A stretch of 64,000 bases of DNA from the human T2T-CHM13v2.0 reference genome, Homo sapiens. The stretch is from assembly GCF_009914755.1 (NCBI RefSeq), contig NC_060944.1; one strand, 5' to 3'. Made by a program: the position numbers and the translations under genes. Positions 12,961 to 27,860 of the stretch are shown here, one piece after another; position 1 is the first letter of the stretch; every line of letters starts with the position of its first letter. Under the pieces are notes generated by a model, which was not told the origin of the DNA, did no database searches, and saw nothing but the letters and a program-made list of their open reading frames with translations.

Positions 12961-13344
12961 CACGCAGAGCCTCCACTCTGGTGTCCACCCTGTGCCCTCT
13001 CTCATGTTCACAAAATGTGAGGTTTGTTGGCTCCTTCTAGATTTCTCCATCTGGAATTCAGACCATAACAGGTCCCTGGGGGCTGAGCAAGCTGCTCTGT
13101 TTCCCAGGAAACCATGTGGAGCCTTGAAGATTTATTAAGGAATTCATAAATTTGGGGGAGAGTTTTAAAACTGGTACAGCTGGCCACAGATCCCCAGGGA
13201 GGTAGCAAGCTCCCCATCCCTGCAGGTGTGCAAGCTGAGACCAGGCAGTACATTTGGTGGAATGTTGTAGTAGGGATTCCAACACCAGATGGGAGGCAAA
13301 GAGGATGAGCTACATCAGTGACTTTTTGGAAAAAAACAAACAAA

Positions 13345-13570
13345 TACTTGTTAAGAGCCAGACTGCCTGAATTCAAATCCCTCTTACTTTTCTGAGTGAC
13401 TTTGGGCAAGTTACTAGACTTCTCTTTGTTCAATTTCCTTACCTTTAAAATAGAACTAATAATAGTACCTACCTGACTGCATTACTGTAAGATTACATAA
13501 AGTAATATGTGTGGAACACTTAGAAGAGTGCCTGGCACATGGTAAGTCTATAAAGTGTTAGCTATTACTT
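13345..13570 (+). mobile_element. MIR
   Basis: GCCAGACTGCCTGAATTCAAATCC..GACTTTGGGCAAGTTACT..GTGCCTGGCACATGGTAAG. Confidence 0.85.
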
Positions 13571-14727
13571 TCAAACATTTTATATTAACTTTGGAGTCCT
13601 GTCTTCCATTCGAAACTTCAGTGGATACTGATGTTACAACAAATAAAACAAAGAAAAGCTGACTGACCTGAAGAAGTCAGGGGCTGGGAGCACTGGAGCC
13701 CTGTGAAATCTGACCCCCTCCTGCAATAGCCTGCAAAAACACTGCCATGGCCCGATGCCACCACAGGCGACTGCACCTCAGTGGCTGCGTCCTTGCTGTC
13801 AAAATCCAATCTGCTCGGGCCTCTCAAAACTATGCATTCAGTGCCACATTTCACAGATGGGGAAACTGAGGCCTAGAGAGGCCTGCTAAGGTTACCAACC
13901 AGTTAAGAGCCAAGTTCCCTCTGGAGAGCAGAGGGGCTCCTCTGCCGCCTTCCCAGAAAAACAACCAACCACAACAAGGTCACAGTCCCAGTGCGAACTC
14001 CACTGCCCCTCTCGACATTGCCACAGAGGGACCCAGAGAGCCTCCTTAATGCCCCTCCCTGGTGCAGGACCTCCCACTGCAGGAAGCTGGTTTTGGAGGA
14101 GGGAAACCAGCTTTTGCTGGGAAATCATCAAGAGGAAGTAATACTTAGAGAAAGGAAAGAAGGGTAGCAGGAACCAGAGCTAAGCCTAGCAGAACGGGGG
14201 CAGGATGAGGCTGCAGGTTGGGGGTGGGGGCAGCCCAGAGCCTCCACCTCCCCACACAGAAAAGCTTGATCAGCCCTGGCCCAGCTCCAGACACCAAGCC
14301 TGGGATCAGCAATCCTGGGAGAGCCCCCAAACTTGCCAAAATTTCCCCTGCTCCTGGACTCTGCTCTTCCTGTGATAAGACCCATTTTCCGGGAAGATGT
14401 GATCACAGGACACTCTGCCTGTGAGTGTCTGATAGGAGGATTCCATCTGAGTCCTCTCCGGGAAGGCCTGTAAGACCCAACCATCAGGATCCAGACTCTC
14501 ATCGTACAAAGGGGACACTGGCCCAGATAGGGGCTCATCTGAAGTTACACAGCAGGTTGGGACAAAGCTGGGACCACCCCCAGGCATTTGAGGCCTTACT
14601 GTTTTCACCAACATCAAAGTCTTATCTTAGTAACCATAGTCATAATAATAATAACAACAATCATAAGACGGATATATATTTATATGTACATATAAAATTT
14701 GTTTTTTGAGAGAAAAAGAATTTCCTG

Positions 14728-15153
14728 ATTTTTTTAACTTTTTTTTAACTTTCAGGCTCAGGGGTACATGTGCAGGTTCGTTAATACAGGCAAACTCGTG
14801 TCATGGGGGTTTGGTGTACAGACCATTTTGTCACCCAGGTACTAAGCATAGTATCTGATAGTTATTTTTCCTGATCCTCTTCCTCCTCCCGCTCTCCTCC
14901 CTCAAGAAGGCCCAGTGTCTGTTGTTCCCCTCTTTCTGTCCATGAGTTCTCATTATTTACCTCCCACTTATAAGTGAGAACATGCAGTATTTGGTTTTCT
15001 GTTCCTGCATTAGTTTGCTGAGGATAATGGCCTCCAGTTTCATCCATGTTCCTACAAAGGACACCATCTTGTTCTTTTTTATGGCCGCATTGTATTCTGC
15101 AGTGTATATGTACATTTTCTTTATCCAGCCTGCCACTGGTGGCCATTTAGGTT
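14728..15153 (-). mobile_element. L1PA (old primate, L1PA15/16-like) 3' end
   Basis: GGGGTACATGTGCAGGTT..CTCCCACTTATAAGTGAGAACATGCAGTATTTGGTTTTCTGTTCCTGCATTAGTTTGCTGAGGATAATGGCCTCCAG. Confidence 0.92.
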
Positions 15154-15499
15154 GTTAAGAGCTGTATTTTTTTTGAATGCCTACAATAAGGCAGGCACTA
15201 TTCTAGGTCCTTCAGATGATTGAACATTTTCCACCCTCATAAAGGAACTCCACAGGGAAGGGTCCGCATCCCCATTTTACAGATGAGGAAAATGAGGCAC
15301 ACTGAAGTTACAGAATGTGCCTGGGACCACACAGCTGGTATTCGGTAGAGTAGGGATTCAGACCCGGCAGCTTGGCTTCACAACCCATCTTGATCACTAC
15401 ACTGACAGCAGGAAGAGGACCTGCTTTCTGGAAGTTCCAGCATCACTAGTGAGCATGGGTGAAGGAGGCTTCAGGGTTTGGGAAATCGGCCTGTGGCTG

Positions 15500-15980
15500 T
15501 GGAAACTATGTGTGGACAGCTTCCTCCCACACAGCTAATAGTTATTCTCATGCTAGCTGCAAGAAAACCCAGAACACTAACTTTCCCAGCTTCCTTTTTA
15601 ACTAGGAGTGGCATGTGACCCTCGCTGATCTAATCAATGAGATGTAGGTAGAAGTCTCAGAAACAGTCTTCCTCCACAGTTAAAAAGCCCTTTCTTTTGC
15701 GTTTATCCCTTTCCCTTCTTCCTACATGGAACAGGGATGCCATGCCCAAGACCTGGCAGTCATCTTGCAACCATGAGGCACTAGGAATGAGGATAAACAG
15801 CTACAGGCTAAAGATGGCAAAGACGAATGGCAAGCAGAGCCTGAGTCTCCAGTGGCATCAGTGAGAGCCACACTGGTCCCGGGTGGCCTGCCCAGGACTT
15901 ATAAGACAATAAACACCAATTGGATTATGCCTCTGCAGAAGGGTTTCTATTATTTCTAGCTGAGTTCATTCCTAACTTTC
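15500..15980 (+). mobile_element. Ancient ERVL/MaLR LTR (MLT1/LTR33-like)
   Basis: CATGTGACC..CAATGAGATGTAGGTAGAAGTC..GGCAGTCATCTTGCAACCATGAGG..GGGTTTCTATTATTTCTAGCTGAGTTCATTCCTAAC. Confidence 0.6.
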
Positions 15981-17999
15981 CCAAGAGTGGGGTCAAGATA
16001 GGACCCAGGGACTGCCTGTCACCGAGCTCTTGTTCCCTCTATGGAATCACACTACCTCCCAGGGGATGTACCTCCCCCTTTCTATCTCTTCCAAAATGCA
16101 CCAGCATTAGGCGTTTGCCTGGCTCAGGGCCTAGAAAAGGGTGCTGAGCAGTTGTTCCTCAGGCCACGTAGCCACTAGACCTGCCCATGTGAACCCATGA
16201 GGAGTGGGGGTGGGGTCTTGCCCTGAACCCACCTACCATGAAAATTCCAGGGTCCCAAGTATCCAACAGATTGGACTTCCAGGAAACATATTTGATTTGA
16301 CTTGTAATAACCATCCATCCATCATTCTAAACAAATAATAGCATACATCATTCTAAACAAATGTTTATTGAGGGGATGCCCAGTTTCAGGTGCTCATAAG
16401 TGAACAAAATCAGCAAAGTCCCTGTCATCAGAACTCATATCCTAATGGGGGAAGCAAACCATAACCAAGTCAGCAGAGAGGTCCCTCACCTTTACAAGGT
16501 GCTTTACAGTTTACTTTTAAGAATTTATCTGTCCTTTATCCTCATTCCTAGTGCCTCATGGTTGCAAGATGACTGCCAGGTCTTAGGCATCACATCCCTG
16601 TTCCATGTAGGAAGAAGGGAAAGGGATAAACATAAAGGGAAGGGCTTTTTAAGGAGACCTAACTTCGCCTCCTCAATAACTCCTCATTTTTCCATTTTGC
16701 CAAAGAAACAAAGGCACAAAACGGGGACCAAGAAGAGGCTTCCCCAAGATCACCCAGCCATGTCCAGGAGGGTCAGTCTGGCAGCAATTGCCTTCCCCAG
16801 GGCACATCCTCTGTCTACTAGAATAATCAAATAAGTCCCTCTGCCATGGGGATCTGTTGCTCTGGGCACCACTGAGACAGCCATCAGAAACAACAGCCTC
16901 TACCCAAAATCAGTGTTGGGCTGGGATACAGCATTGTCAGCTACACAAAACCCCCCTCATCAAGCTGTTGGCGCCTGGTGGCTGCTTAATTATTCATCCC
17001 TGCTGAACATGCAGGCCCAGGGCTTCAGCCATGGTTTTTGGAGCTCAACCATGGGGGAGCCTCGGTGATAAGCCCAGACCTGTTAAGAAGTTTGGAATGT
17101 ATGTGTCTGCCCACAAATTGTTCCCTGGTCCTCCCACACCAGCCTCGTCAGGCATAGTGAAAGATGACAATGAGCCAGGAGGCTTCAGAGACAACAGGGC
17201 CCAGGCTGTGTTTGCAATGTTGGTAGCTAAAACTGCTCGGCCTGTTTTCCATTCCCATCTAGCCCAAGATCTTTCAGACTTTGAGCTAAGCAGAGTTTTA
17301 GGCATGTTGTGAGGGTTAGTGAGGGAAGGGGGTGGGGAGTCATTTCTTCAGGGGAGTGGTGGTGGTGGTGGGCAGTGACTCAAAGAGGCCAATGAACGTA
17401 GAGAGAAGAGCTTCTTTTGCAAGATGGACAGAGCCAAACGGACCTGGTTTCAATTGGCTCTGTCACTTTCCAGCTGTGTGTCCTTGGACAAGTCACTTGC
17501 CCTTTCTGATCAAAGGCCTCAAATATAAAATGGAGATTCATTCATTGTGTAAATGTATATTGGGCCCCTGCTATGTCCCAGGCACTGCGGATACAGCAGT
17601 GAAAAGAACAGCCAAGTCCTGTTCTCACGGGGGCTTGTGTAAAGAGTTAATGTATCTAAAGTACTGTGTCCCACATATAAGTACTCGATTCATGGTCATT
17701 ATGACTTTTGTTATTGTCAGAGGATTTAAGTTTTACACATACAATTATTTGCTGTTACCCACCTATATGATTATTATTACCATGGCAGAAAACGCCCCCT
17801 CTACCCACCCCACACATATATACACACATACGCAACTCACACCTAAGCCATTATGAAAGAATTCATTTCCTCCTCTAAAGTTGTCTTTGGCATTCATTTT
17901 TCCTGGTCTGGGAGTTTTTAATTTCATTCATTTCCCCTTAGTCCTAACCCATCGTAGCTTGTCCTAACCTAACCCAGTATATAGCAGAGACCAATAAAT

Positions 18000-18450
18000 G
18001 TTTTCTTCATTCCTTCCTTCGTTCATTCATTTACTTGACAAACATTTATTACTTCCTCCAACATGCCAGGCCCCGCTCCGCGAGCTGGGGAAGCAGCTGT
18101 GACCCAAACAGACAATGTCAGGCGATGTCTCTGCTCTCATGGGGTTGACATTCCAGCAAGGAAGACAGACAACAGGAAGGCAGACAGACAGATGACAGAT
18201 AGACAGAAAATATACCACACTCACAGGCAGCGCAGATGCTGGAAGAGAAAAGCAGAGGCTTCAAGGTGGGGGAGGCAGGACGAGGCCATTCCAGACTGGC
18301 TGGGCGGAGAGTCCCTGCTGAGGAGGTGACGTATAAGACTGGGTGGGACGGAGAAGGGAGTCCTGTGAACATCTAGGGGAAGAAAGCTCCAGGCAGAAAA
18401 CACAGAGTGCAAAGGTACGAGGAAGGAAGAAGCTTGGTAGGGTAAAGGAA
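18000..18450 (-). mobile_element. L2 3' fragment with internal (GACA)n
   Basis: TTCATTCATTTACTTGACAAACATTTATT..ATGCCAGGC..CTGCTCTCATGGGGTTGACATTCCAG. Confidence 0.75.
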
Positions 18451-19609
18451 CCCATGGGGCAGCCTGTCCCAGGTTCCCAACTTGTCACCTTGGGCAGTCA
18501 GGCGAAAGCACAAAAATAGGCTCCAGTGATGGCTGGCACCTCCTTAGGCTCACTTAGATTCCTACAGTAGGGATCCAATGCGTGACTGCAGCCTCCAACC
18601 AGTCTCTGAAGAATGGAGAGAACAGGGACCAGAGAGGGAAGGTGATTTCCCCGGGTCACACAGCCAGCAGTGGCTGGGCTGGACCCAGATCCCACATCTC
18701 TTAACTCTGGCCAGTGGTGCCTCCCCTAAACCACAGTTGTTGTCTTTCTGGAAGGCAGAATGAGGGGTCCAGAAAGATCCCAGGAGACACTCAGAGACAC
18801 ACAAGTTAGGAGACAGACTGGAGAGATAGGAACTCGAAACCTTCCCCACTCCCAGCCATGCTTGTCCTCACACTCAAAGAACCACAGGAACCAGACAGCA
18901 GCCTCCATCCTGGCTCTGCATCTGGGAACCATGGTTACGGCTGCTGCTTGATTGGCAGGGGGTCCAGACACATTCGAGCTACCCCTTGATTCCTAGAGGT
19001 TGTGTGAGAAGCAGGAGCAAGGGCCAGGAGAGAAGCTGGGGGTCACCAGCAGGCCCCAAATACCACCCTCTAACCTTTCCCTCCCAAGCCAATCATCCAG
19101 GCACCTCGCACTGCCACGAAATCCTTTTTAGAGCTCTGAATTAAAAATAAATTTGCAAGCACATAACCAGATGTTACATGGGGAAAAGATAAATAACTCA
19201 GCCTGTCAAGGAACTGCCTCATCTCAGTCAACCCTCTCTCTTTCACAAGGTTTTAATTTTTAATTTCACAGCGGTAACTATAGCAACCTGCAAAAATAAT
19301 ATATTCCAAAGCAAAACAACTTTCTTGGCTCTGGCTTGGCATCTCCATGTTCCCTCCTTCCCTCCTCTCCACCAACTTCACGCAGGTCTGTGCCCAGAGT
19401 TGATGAACGCTCTCAGCTTTGAATGCCCTCATTCATTAAGTAATTAATTCATTCATACACAAGTATCTCTTGCCATCCAAATCCATAGAACTCCTAAATT
19501 CAGGTAGCGGGTATTGGACAATGGACTCAGAATCATGTGGGATGCCATGTTGTCTTAACCTATTTTGTTTCTAGGTTTTGAGTACATAGGAAAATTTGGA
19601 TAGCAAGGG

Positions 19610-20110
19610 ACATCTGTATTCATTGGGGACCTAATTTGTCCCAGAGTCAGTGCTAGGCAGGCCCTGGGGTGAGAGAGAATAGGACTGATCCTGCCCTTAA
19701 GGAGCTCACAGTCCTGTTGGGGAGACAGAATACAAACACATAATTACAATAAAGTAATATAAGTATTGTATACAAGGGAAAAATAATATACAAATGGGGC
19801 ACAAAAGAAGGGAGAGGCTGTCAATATCTAGGATGATCTAGGTAGGCTTCACAGAGAAGGTGACTTCTGAGATGGGTCTTGCTGGATGAGTAGAAGTTTT
19901 CTGAATGACCAGCATAGGGAAGGGCACATCAGGCAGGTGGAACAGCACGTGCAAAGGCAGAAACAGATGACATAGGTCAGTATGGCCTAAGCATAGGATG
20001 AGTCATACTTCAAAAAGATACTGGAGAGGTTGACAAGGGAGAAACATACAGAGCCTTGAATGCTGGGCTGACTTCAGCTTGGAGGCCAGGGGAAATCAGC
20101 CACATAGGGA
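19610..20110 (-). mobile_element. L2 fragment
   Basis: CTGCCCTTAAGGAGCTCACAGTC..GGCTTCACAGAGAAGGTGACTTCTGAGATGGGTCTT. Confidence 0.7.
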
Positions 20111-20239
20111 GTAGGGCAAAACATAAAAGGCCACTCTGAGGACAAGTGTGGCCAATGGATTAGAGGGCAAAGAATGCAGACGAAGCCTGTGGGGGAATTC
20201 AGGTGGGTGGTGGCTGCAGGGAAGAAAAGAGTGAAAAAG

Positions 20240-20690
20240 TGTCGGTTTGGGTTCCCTAAGAAGCAAACCTTGAGCCAAGGATCCAATCTTATTTGAGATG
20301 TGACCCCAGGAAGCACTGATATGGGGAGGAGGGAGAGGGAAGTGAGACAGGGAAGGGAAGAAGGCTCATAAAGTGTTTATTAGAAAGCCAGTTAGCACCG
20401 TGGGCCACGGGAGCTCAGTCCTCCTGGGAGTTCTGCGAGACGGCACCGAGAGTGCCTCAGAGTTGCCCACTTCAAGGGTAGGAGGCTGGAGGATCTCAAT
20501 GCCAATTCCTAGAGTAATTGGTTGGAGGCTACTCCCAGGAGGCATCAATTCCTGGTGAGCAGGGTCCAGTGCCAGATAAACCCTCAAGCAGAGACTCATG
20601 TGCCAGCAGCCAGACACAGGGCCCATGTGTCCTGAAACAGAAAAGAAATGCCAAGGGGACTCAGGTGGGGCATTAAGAGCATCTGCCCCT
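20240..20690 (-). mobile_element. LTR16-like ERVL LTR
   Basis: TGTCGGTTTGGGTTCCCTAAGAAGCAAACCTTGAGCCAAGGAT..TTATTTGAGATGTGACCCCAGGAAGCAC. Confidence 0.65.
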
Positions 20691-20859
20691 GTGGAATTCT
20701 GAAAGATAGTCAGTGGGCATACTGGGAGACTCCAACATCTGGCAGAGAGGCAGACGCACTGACACACACAGCTGGGACAGGTGGGTCATGGGCAACAGGG
20801 CCCAAGTGAGGACAGACCCATCACCATCCTGTGCCCAGGCTGCTTAAGGGTCCCAGTGG

Positions 20860-21012
20860 GATGCTGTGGCTCCTGCTGCAAGGAGGCTGAGGGAGGAGGA
20901 TCACTTAAGGCCAGGAGTTTGAGGTTGCAGTAAGCTAAGATCCCACCACTGCACTCCAGCCTGGGTGACAGAGCAAAACCTTGTCTTAAGAAAAATTAAG
21001 AAAAAAAAAAAG
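20860..21012 (+). mobile_element. Alu monomer (FRAM or right-arm fragment)
   Basis: GGAGGCTGAGG..GAGGTTGCAGTAAGC..CACTGCACTCCAGCCTGGGTGACAGAGC followed by an A tail. Confidence 0.85.
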
Positions 21013-22614
21013 AATCCCAATGGGGCTCAAAGGCTGGGTGACAGTCCTCAGCACATCCCCCTCTCATAATGGGATAGACCTTCTTTCCAAATAAAGAGTC
21101 CTCTCTCAAGTAAACAGAGCTTCCCTCTATCCCTGATTAAAACTGGAAAGTGGCAAGAAGAAAATGTGTCAAGTAGGAAGATGCACATACAGGATGTGTT
21201 CATGCAGGGATATAACATTGATGGTGACCTTGTGTGAGCTACTTCACCTCCCCTGGCCTCAGTTTCCTCTTCTACAAGGTATGGTTCATAGAGGTGCCCA
21301 TTGCATTATCTTGTAAGAATGTAATTCGATGATGCATGGTGATGCCTAGAAGTCACCTAATCAATATTACCTGTGAATATCGTTCTTTTCTGCAATATTG
21401 TTTTTTAGCATGGTCCACATGGGAGGCCCTGGGGAGACAGCAATCATCAAGCAGACTTGGTTCCTGCCCTCGTGCTGCCTCCAGCCTTGTGGACATGCTG
21501 AAATGCTTTATATAGAATGTTAAAGAGAGCCAGATAAAAAATTATGCATAGAGCAAGATTCTAATTTTGTTTAAACACACACACTCACAAAGGCCCAAGG
21601 GATATACACCAACATGTAATGATAGTTAACACCAGATGATGGAATTGAAGGTGGCTTGCAGTTTTACAATTCTTTCCTGGCTTTTTTTTCCTTTTAAAAT
21701 TTTCACAGTGGATTGTATTATTCGAATAGTCATTTTTGAAAAAATAAAGGAAAACAAGAATGCTTCTTTCTCTGACTCTCTGCCCATCACAAATTTCATC
21801 TGTTTCCTCGGGAACCAGGAGCTCCTGGCATTAGGGGCTGTTTGCTTGTACATTCCAGGGTCTACCCACCAGGCAGCCAGGTCTCAGGTCCTGGCCTCAT
21901 TCCCTACTGTGGTGCACATTTGAAAAGGGGCTGGGGGTTGGGGTGGCCTCCATCAGAGCAACAAACCTGGACTGAATGATTGGTGAGTATGAAGAGGGGA
22001 GCCCTCTCTCAACCTGGGATCAGCTACCTGTGAAGACATGTTCTGTCCCAGGAGTCAGAGGGGAGAGGTCTGTGTTTATCCATCTACCTGTGATTGCAAA
22101 GGTAAGGCTGTCCAACTCTGAGGATCAGTGTTAGCAGTTCCATTTGCCTGCATGCCCAAGCCACGTTCTCTAAACAGCTTTATCTGTAATAAGCTGACAT
22201 TTTGTTCCTCACCTCTTGACTCCTCGGTCTCCTACTGCTTCTGAACTTAAGTGAGGAAGAAAGCAACATTATATGTAGATGCCATAAAAATCACATAGTC
22301 CATACCTGGCTCCTAGAAATTGGCTATTAACAAAGAGATTAGACACCTATTTTTCTCAAGTTTCCTCTTTTTTCCTTTTGACACCTTGCTTTTCTCTTTT
22401 CCTTTTGACACCTAGGACTGTGAGATAGACCCAATGTTCTTGGAAAGATCTAGTAATCTCTCCTGTAGCGAACTTGACGGTATTGTCTGTCTGAGTCCCT
22501 TTTTCGGAAAATGGTCCCTCCTCCACACCATGTAAACTTGGGGTTTCCATCAAGATCACCAAAACAAGAGTGGTCATGGGTCCCATTCAGGACCAAAGTG
22601 ATTTTCTGGGATGA

Positions 22615-22845
22615 GTATGTGGCATAGATATGGATACATAATATATGTAGGTATATGACATGTATATGATAGATATATATACATGGATGTATGATGTGTA
22701 TAGAGGATATATGACATATATATGATATATATAGGATATACAATATATGACATATGTGATATGTACATGGATATATGATATATAGAGAGGATACATGATA
22801 TATGACATACATATTATAGATGTACACAGATAAATGATACATATG
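22615..22845. repeat. Degenerate TA-rich low-complexity repeat (ATATATGACAT-like) within an ancient LTR
   Basis: Seen directly. The flanks resemble ERVL/MaLR LTR sequence. Confidence 0.8.
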
Positions 22846-24621
22846 CCTCGCTCCTGCCAGCCTTGCTGGGCTTGTTGCATACATGTTTGGGTGTACCTGC
22901 TGGTGGCCTGCTTCCCTACCACACATTGACAGCCTGCCTGGAGGCTAAAGCCAACCAGAAAAGATGACCCTGTTGAGTTCCTGTATCCAGCCATTCCTGA
23001 AACCACCTTCCTAGACCAGAACCAATACATTCCCTCTTTTCCTTAAGTAGTTTGAGTTGGGTTTTTATCAGTTGAAGCTAAAAGAATCCTGACTAGCATA
23101 CTGCAGTGAATATATACCGGTTAGAAGGCTGTGACCACCCAGAATCCATGCCCCCTTCCTAAGTAACCCTCATTGTTTAGGAAAATCACCTCTCCTCCAT
23201 TGAATTCACCTGGGGGAACTGCTGGGCATGACACTGCTCCTTCCTTCACTCCTAGGTCACTACCTACACCCCCACACAAGACCAGGTGAATTGGCCATGA
23301 ATCCCTTCCAGGCCTGCCCATAAAACCTCCCCCATGCTCCTCCACACCCTGTCTTTTCCTCTCCTCTGCCGGGGGATGCAGAAGATCAAAAAAGAAATCA
23401 AGATCCCCTCCCCTGGATGGAAGGACCTGGGTCTCTGAGTGACCATGAGGAGTTGACCTACACTGGACTGTGACCTGAGTGACAAGTAAACAGATTATGA
23501 GTCACTGAGATTTGGGGGTTGTCTGTAACAGCAGTTATCCTGCCCTAACTAACACAATAGGCTGGCACATTGGAGAGCTACCTGAGAGCCATTATCCTAA
23601 GAGCTTTCCATTCAACCACGAATATTTACTGAGTCCCTATTCTGTGCTTGCAAAGCCCCCTGTGTTTCCTGTTCTCCTGCACTGCCCACGATTGCCTCTC
23701 TCCTCGTCTGGCTGTCTTCTCTCTCTAGACGGTAAGTTCCCCAAGAGATGGGTCCTTATCTGTCTTCATCCTCTGCACCGTGTCCCTGGTATCTAGTTTA
23801 GCATCAGGAACATAGCAAGTGCTCCGTATTGATTGATTGGATTTGCAAAATGACCAGATGCATAAAGTTGTCATGAGGCTTAAGCGAGGTTCTGATTGTG
23901 AAGCGTCATGGCACACAGGAGGTCCCCTGCAAATACAGTAAAAATGAGCTAAATCAAGGTGCATGTGGGCTGGGCAAGGCTTTCAGTGGGAGGGCAGATT
24001 TTAGCCAGGACTTATCCTGCCCTATACCCTACAGAGAGCTAAGTTATCTCTGGTCCTGGCTGGTCCCAGGCTCTATGCAGGAGGAAGGATGGGGACCAGC
24101 TGCTTCCTGGAGGGAGCCCCAGTCCCAGAGGCTTTGAGCTGTGGTAGGGGTGAGGCAACACTTCAGGAAATAACATTTCAAAGGCTTTGGCTGTGAGAGC
24201 AGACTTCTCACCCCTGTCTTGTGTGGAGGTGGGTGTGGGATGCCTGGTGTGCCTCTGGGGTAAAGCATCCCTTTCACGGTTTGAAATCTCATCTCGGGAA
24301 AGCTTAACTCCTTGTACCCCATTCTACTGGCTATAGACAGGCTCCAGGGATTTAGCCCAAGACTCCTAGGATAATGTCCAAACTCCATACCTGGGGTAGG
24401 AATGGGGGCAGGTGCAGCATGTCCAGCATAATGCAGCAGTTAACAGCCTGGGCTCTGGAGGCAGAATGCCTGGGTTCAAATCCTGGCTCAGTTCACATGG
24501 TAGCTGTGAGACTTTGGATGACTCAGCTTATCTGGACCTCAGTTTTCTCATCTGTAAAATGGGATTATAATAGTAACACACTAGAAGATTGTTAGGAAGA
24601 TGACCTCGCTTTGACAACTAA

Positions 24622-25076
<455 letters not shown>

Positions 25077-25701
25077 AAGTGTGTTTCTTAAATGTTTTAA
25101 TTCCTAACATGGTAACTATCAATAGATAAACTGACATAAACAAAATTCTTTGGGGTCCACAGTAATTTTTAAGAGTATAAAGGGGTCCTAAAACCAAAAC
25201 ATTAAAATCCAGTCTCATGTGATAACTTCACACTACACATGCCAGATGATTCACCTGGCGTCAATTCTTCACTTCCTCCTCTCCTCCCCCGACCGGCCAT
25301 GACCTAGTTTGGACCCTGTGCTCTGTCCAAATGAGCAACTGAGGCACCTACCCAAGGAGGCCATGAGGATTCCTCCCTCCACACCCCTGAACAGCAGCTG
25401 TCTACCCTGAATTCTGTGGTTTCACTATCCTTAACGAAATTGTACTTACTCTGCAAGGCCCAGGGGCTTCTGCCTCCTGCAGGAAGCCTGGCTGACTGCC
25501 CTAAATGGAGCCCTTGGTCCTCTGAGCTCACACAGCACTGCCCAGTCATGAGGGCAGATGGCCAAGGCAGCTTCATCAGTTTTGCTTGTGAAAGCCCATC
25601 TTCTCACTAGACTGCACGCTGCCTCTGGCTTTGGGGTCAGAACAGAGCTGAACTGGGTCATGTTGGGCAAGTCGCTGTCCCTCTCTGAGCCTGTTTCCTT
25701 A

Positions 25702-26879
<1,178 letters not shown>

Positions 26880-27289
26880 GCATCTAAAACATTCTGCCTA
26901 GGGCTGTCAGGTGTAAGTAAGCTGTGCTTCTCTCTCCACTGCCACCAGAGCCTGGGGCTGCGGTCAGTGGCTTGGGCTGGGCCTTTAGAGCCTGAATAAA
27001 TCGGTCATCAGATATGAGCTGCCCAGGGAGGGGACATGACCTCAGGCAAGACTGCTCTCCTTAACTGGGCAATCTCCAACAGGGACTTTGCTGCACCACC
27101 AATAGCTGGGCAGTAAGTCCTTCTTTCCTGAGGAGAGCTGGGCACCCACCCTGCCCCTTTACTCGCTACATGACCATGGGTAAGCTCCTTGCTTTCTCTG
27201 AGCCTCAACTTCCAAAACTGGAAAAAAAATAAAATGACTTGCAGAGGGATGATGATGAGATGGGGTCATTGCTGGTATTTTTATTTAGG

Positions 27290-27860
27290 CAACAATTTAT
27301 TTTATTGAGCACCTAGTATGTGCCAGGCATTGTTCTAGGCTCTGGGGATATAGCAGTGAATAACATGGACAAAATCTCAGTTAAAGCTGACGTCATTACA
27401 GGGACTGCCAGGCACTAAACAAATAAGCAAGTAAAATACATAGCATGTCAGATGCTGATAAGTGCTGTGAAAAAGTAGCAATTAAACCAAGAAAGGGGAA
27501 GCGAGAGTGTGAGAGGCAGGGGTGCGGAAAGGGGGATGTCACAATTTTAAATAAGATGGTCAGGGAAGGCCTGTCTATGAAAAGATTTGGCAAGGTAAGG
27601 GGGCCCTCTAGATATCTCCGAGCAGAGCTTTGCAGGCAGAAGGGCCGTGAGCATCCCTGACGTGGTTCCTGAATGCACGGCCTGAGCTCAGTGAGCAAAG
27701 GGGACCTAGACTGGACATGAGGTCAGAGGAGTGGCCGGGGTCAGCCAGGGCAGGGCCTGGCAGGCCACTGTCAGAACTTCGGCTTTTCCTCCACATGCAA
27801 CGTGGAGCCACAGGAGTCTTCTGAGTGCAGGAGGGGGCGTGACCTCACTTTGATTTTACT
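27290..27860 (-). mobile_element. L2 (L2a-like) 3' fragment
   Basis: TTTATTGAGCACCTAGTATGTGCCAGGCATTGTTCTAGGCTCTGGGGATATAGCAGTGAA. Confidence 0.85.

Noticed and set aside
20366-20767. 133-aa ORF with protein-like appearance
   Set aside because: It lies in an LTR16-like element, has no recognised homology, and no supporting exon structure.
22450-23030. Tyr/Ile/His-rich and Cys/Val-rich ORFs (also 1529-1880, 24592-24823, 54281-54996)
   Set aside because: Translations of low-complexity or microsatellite DNA.
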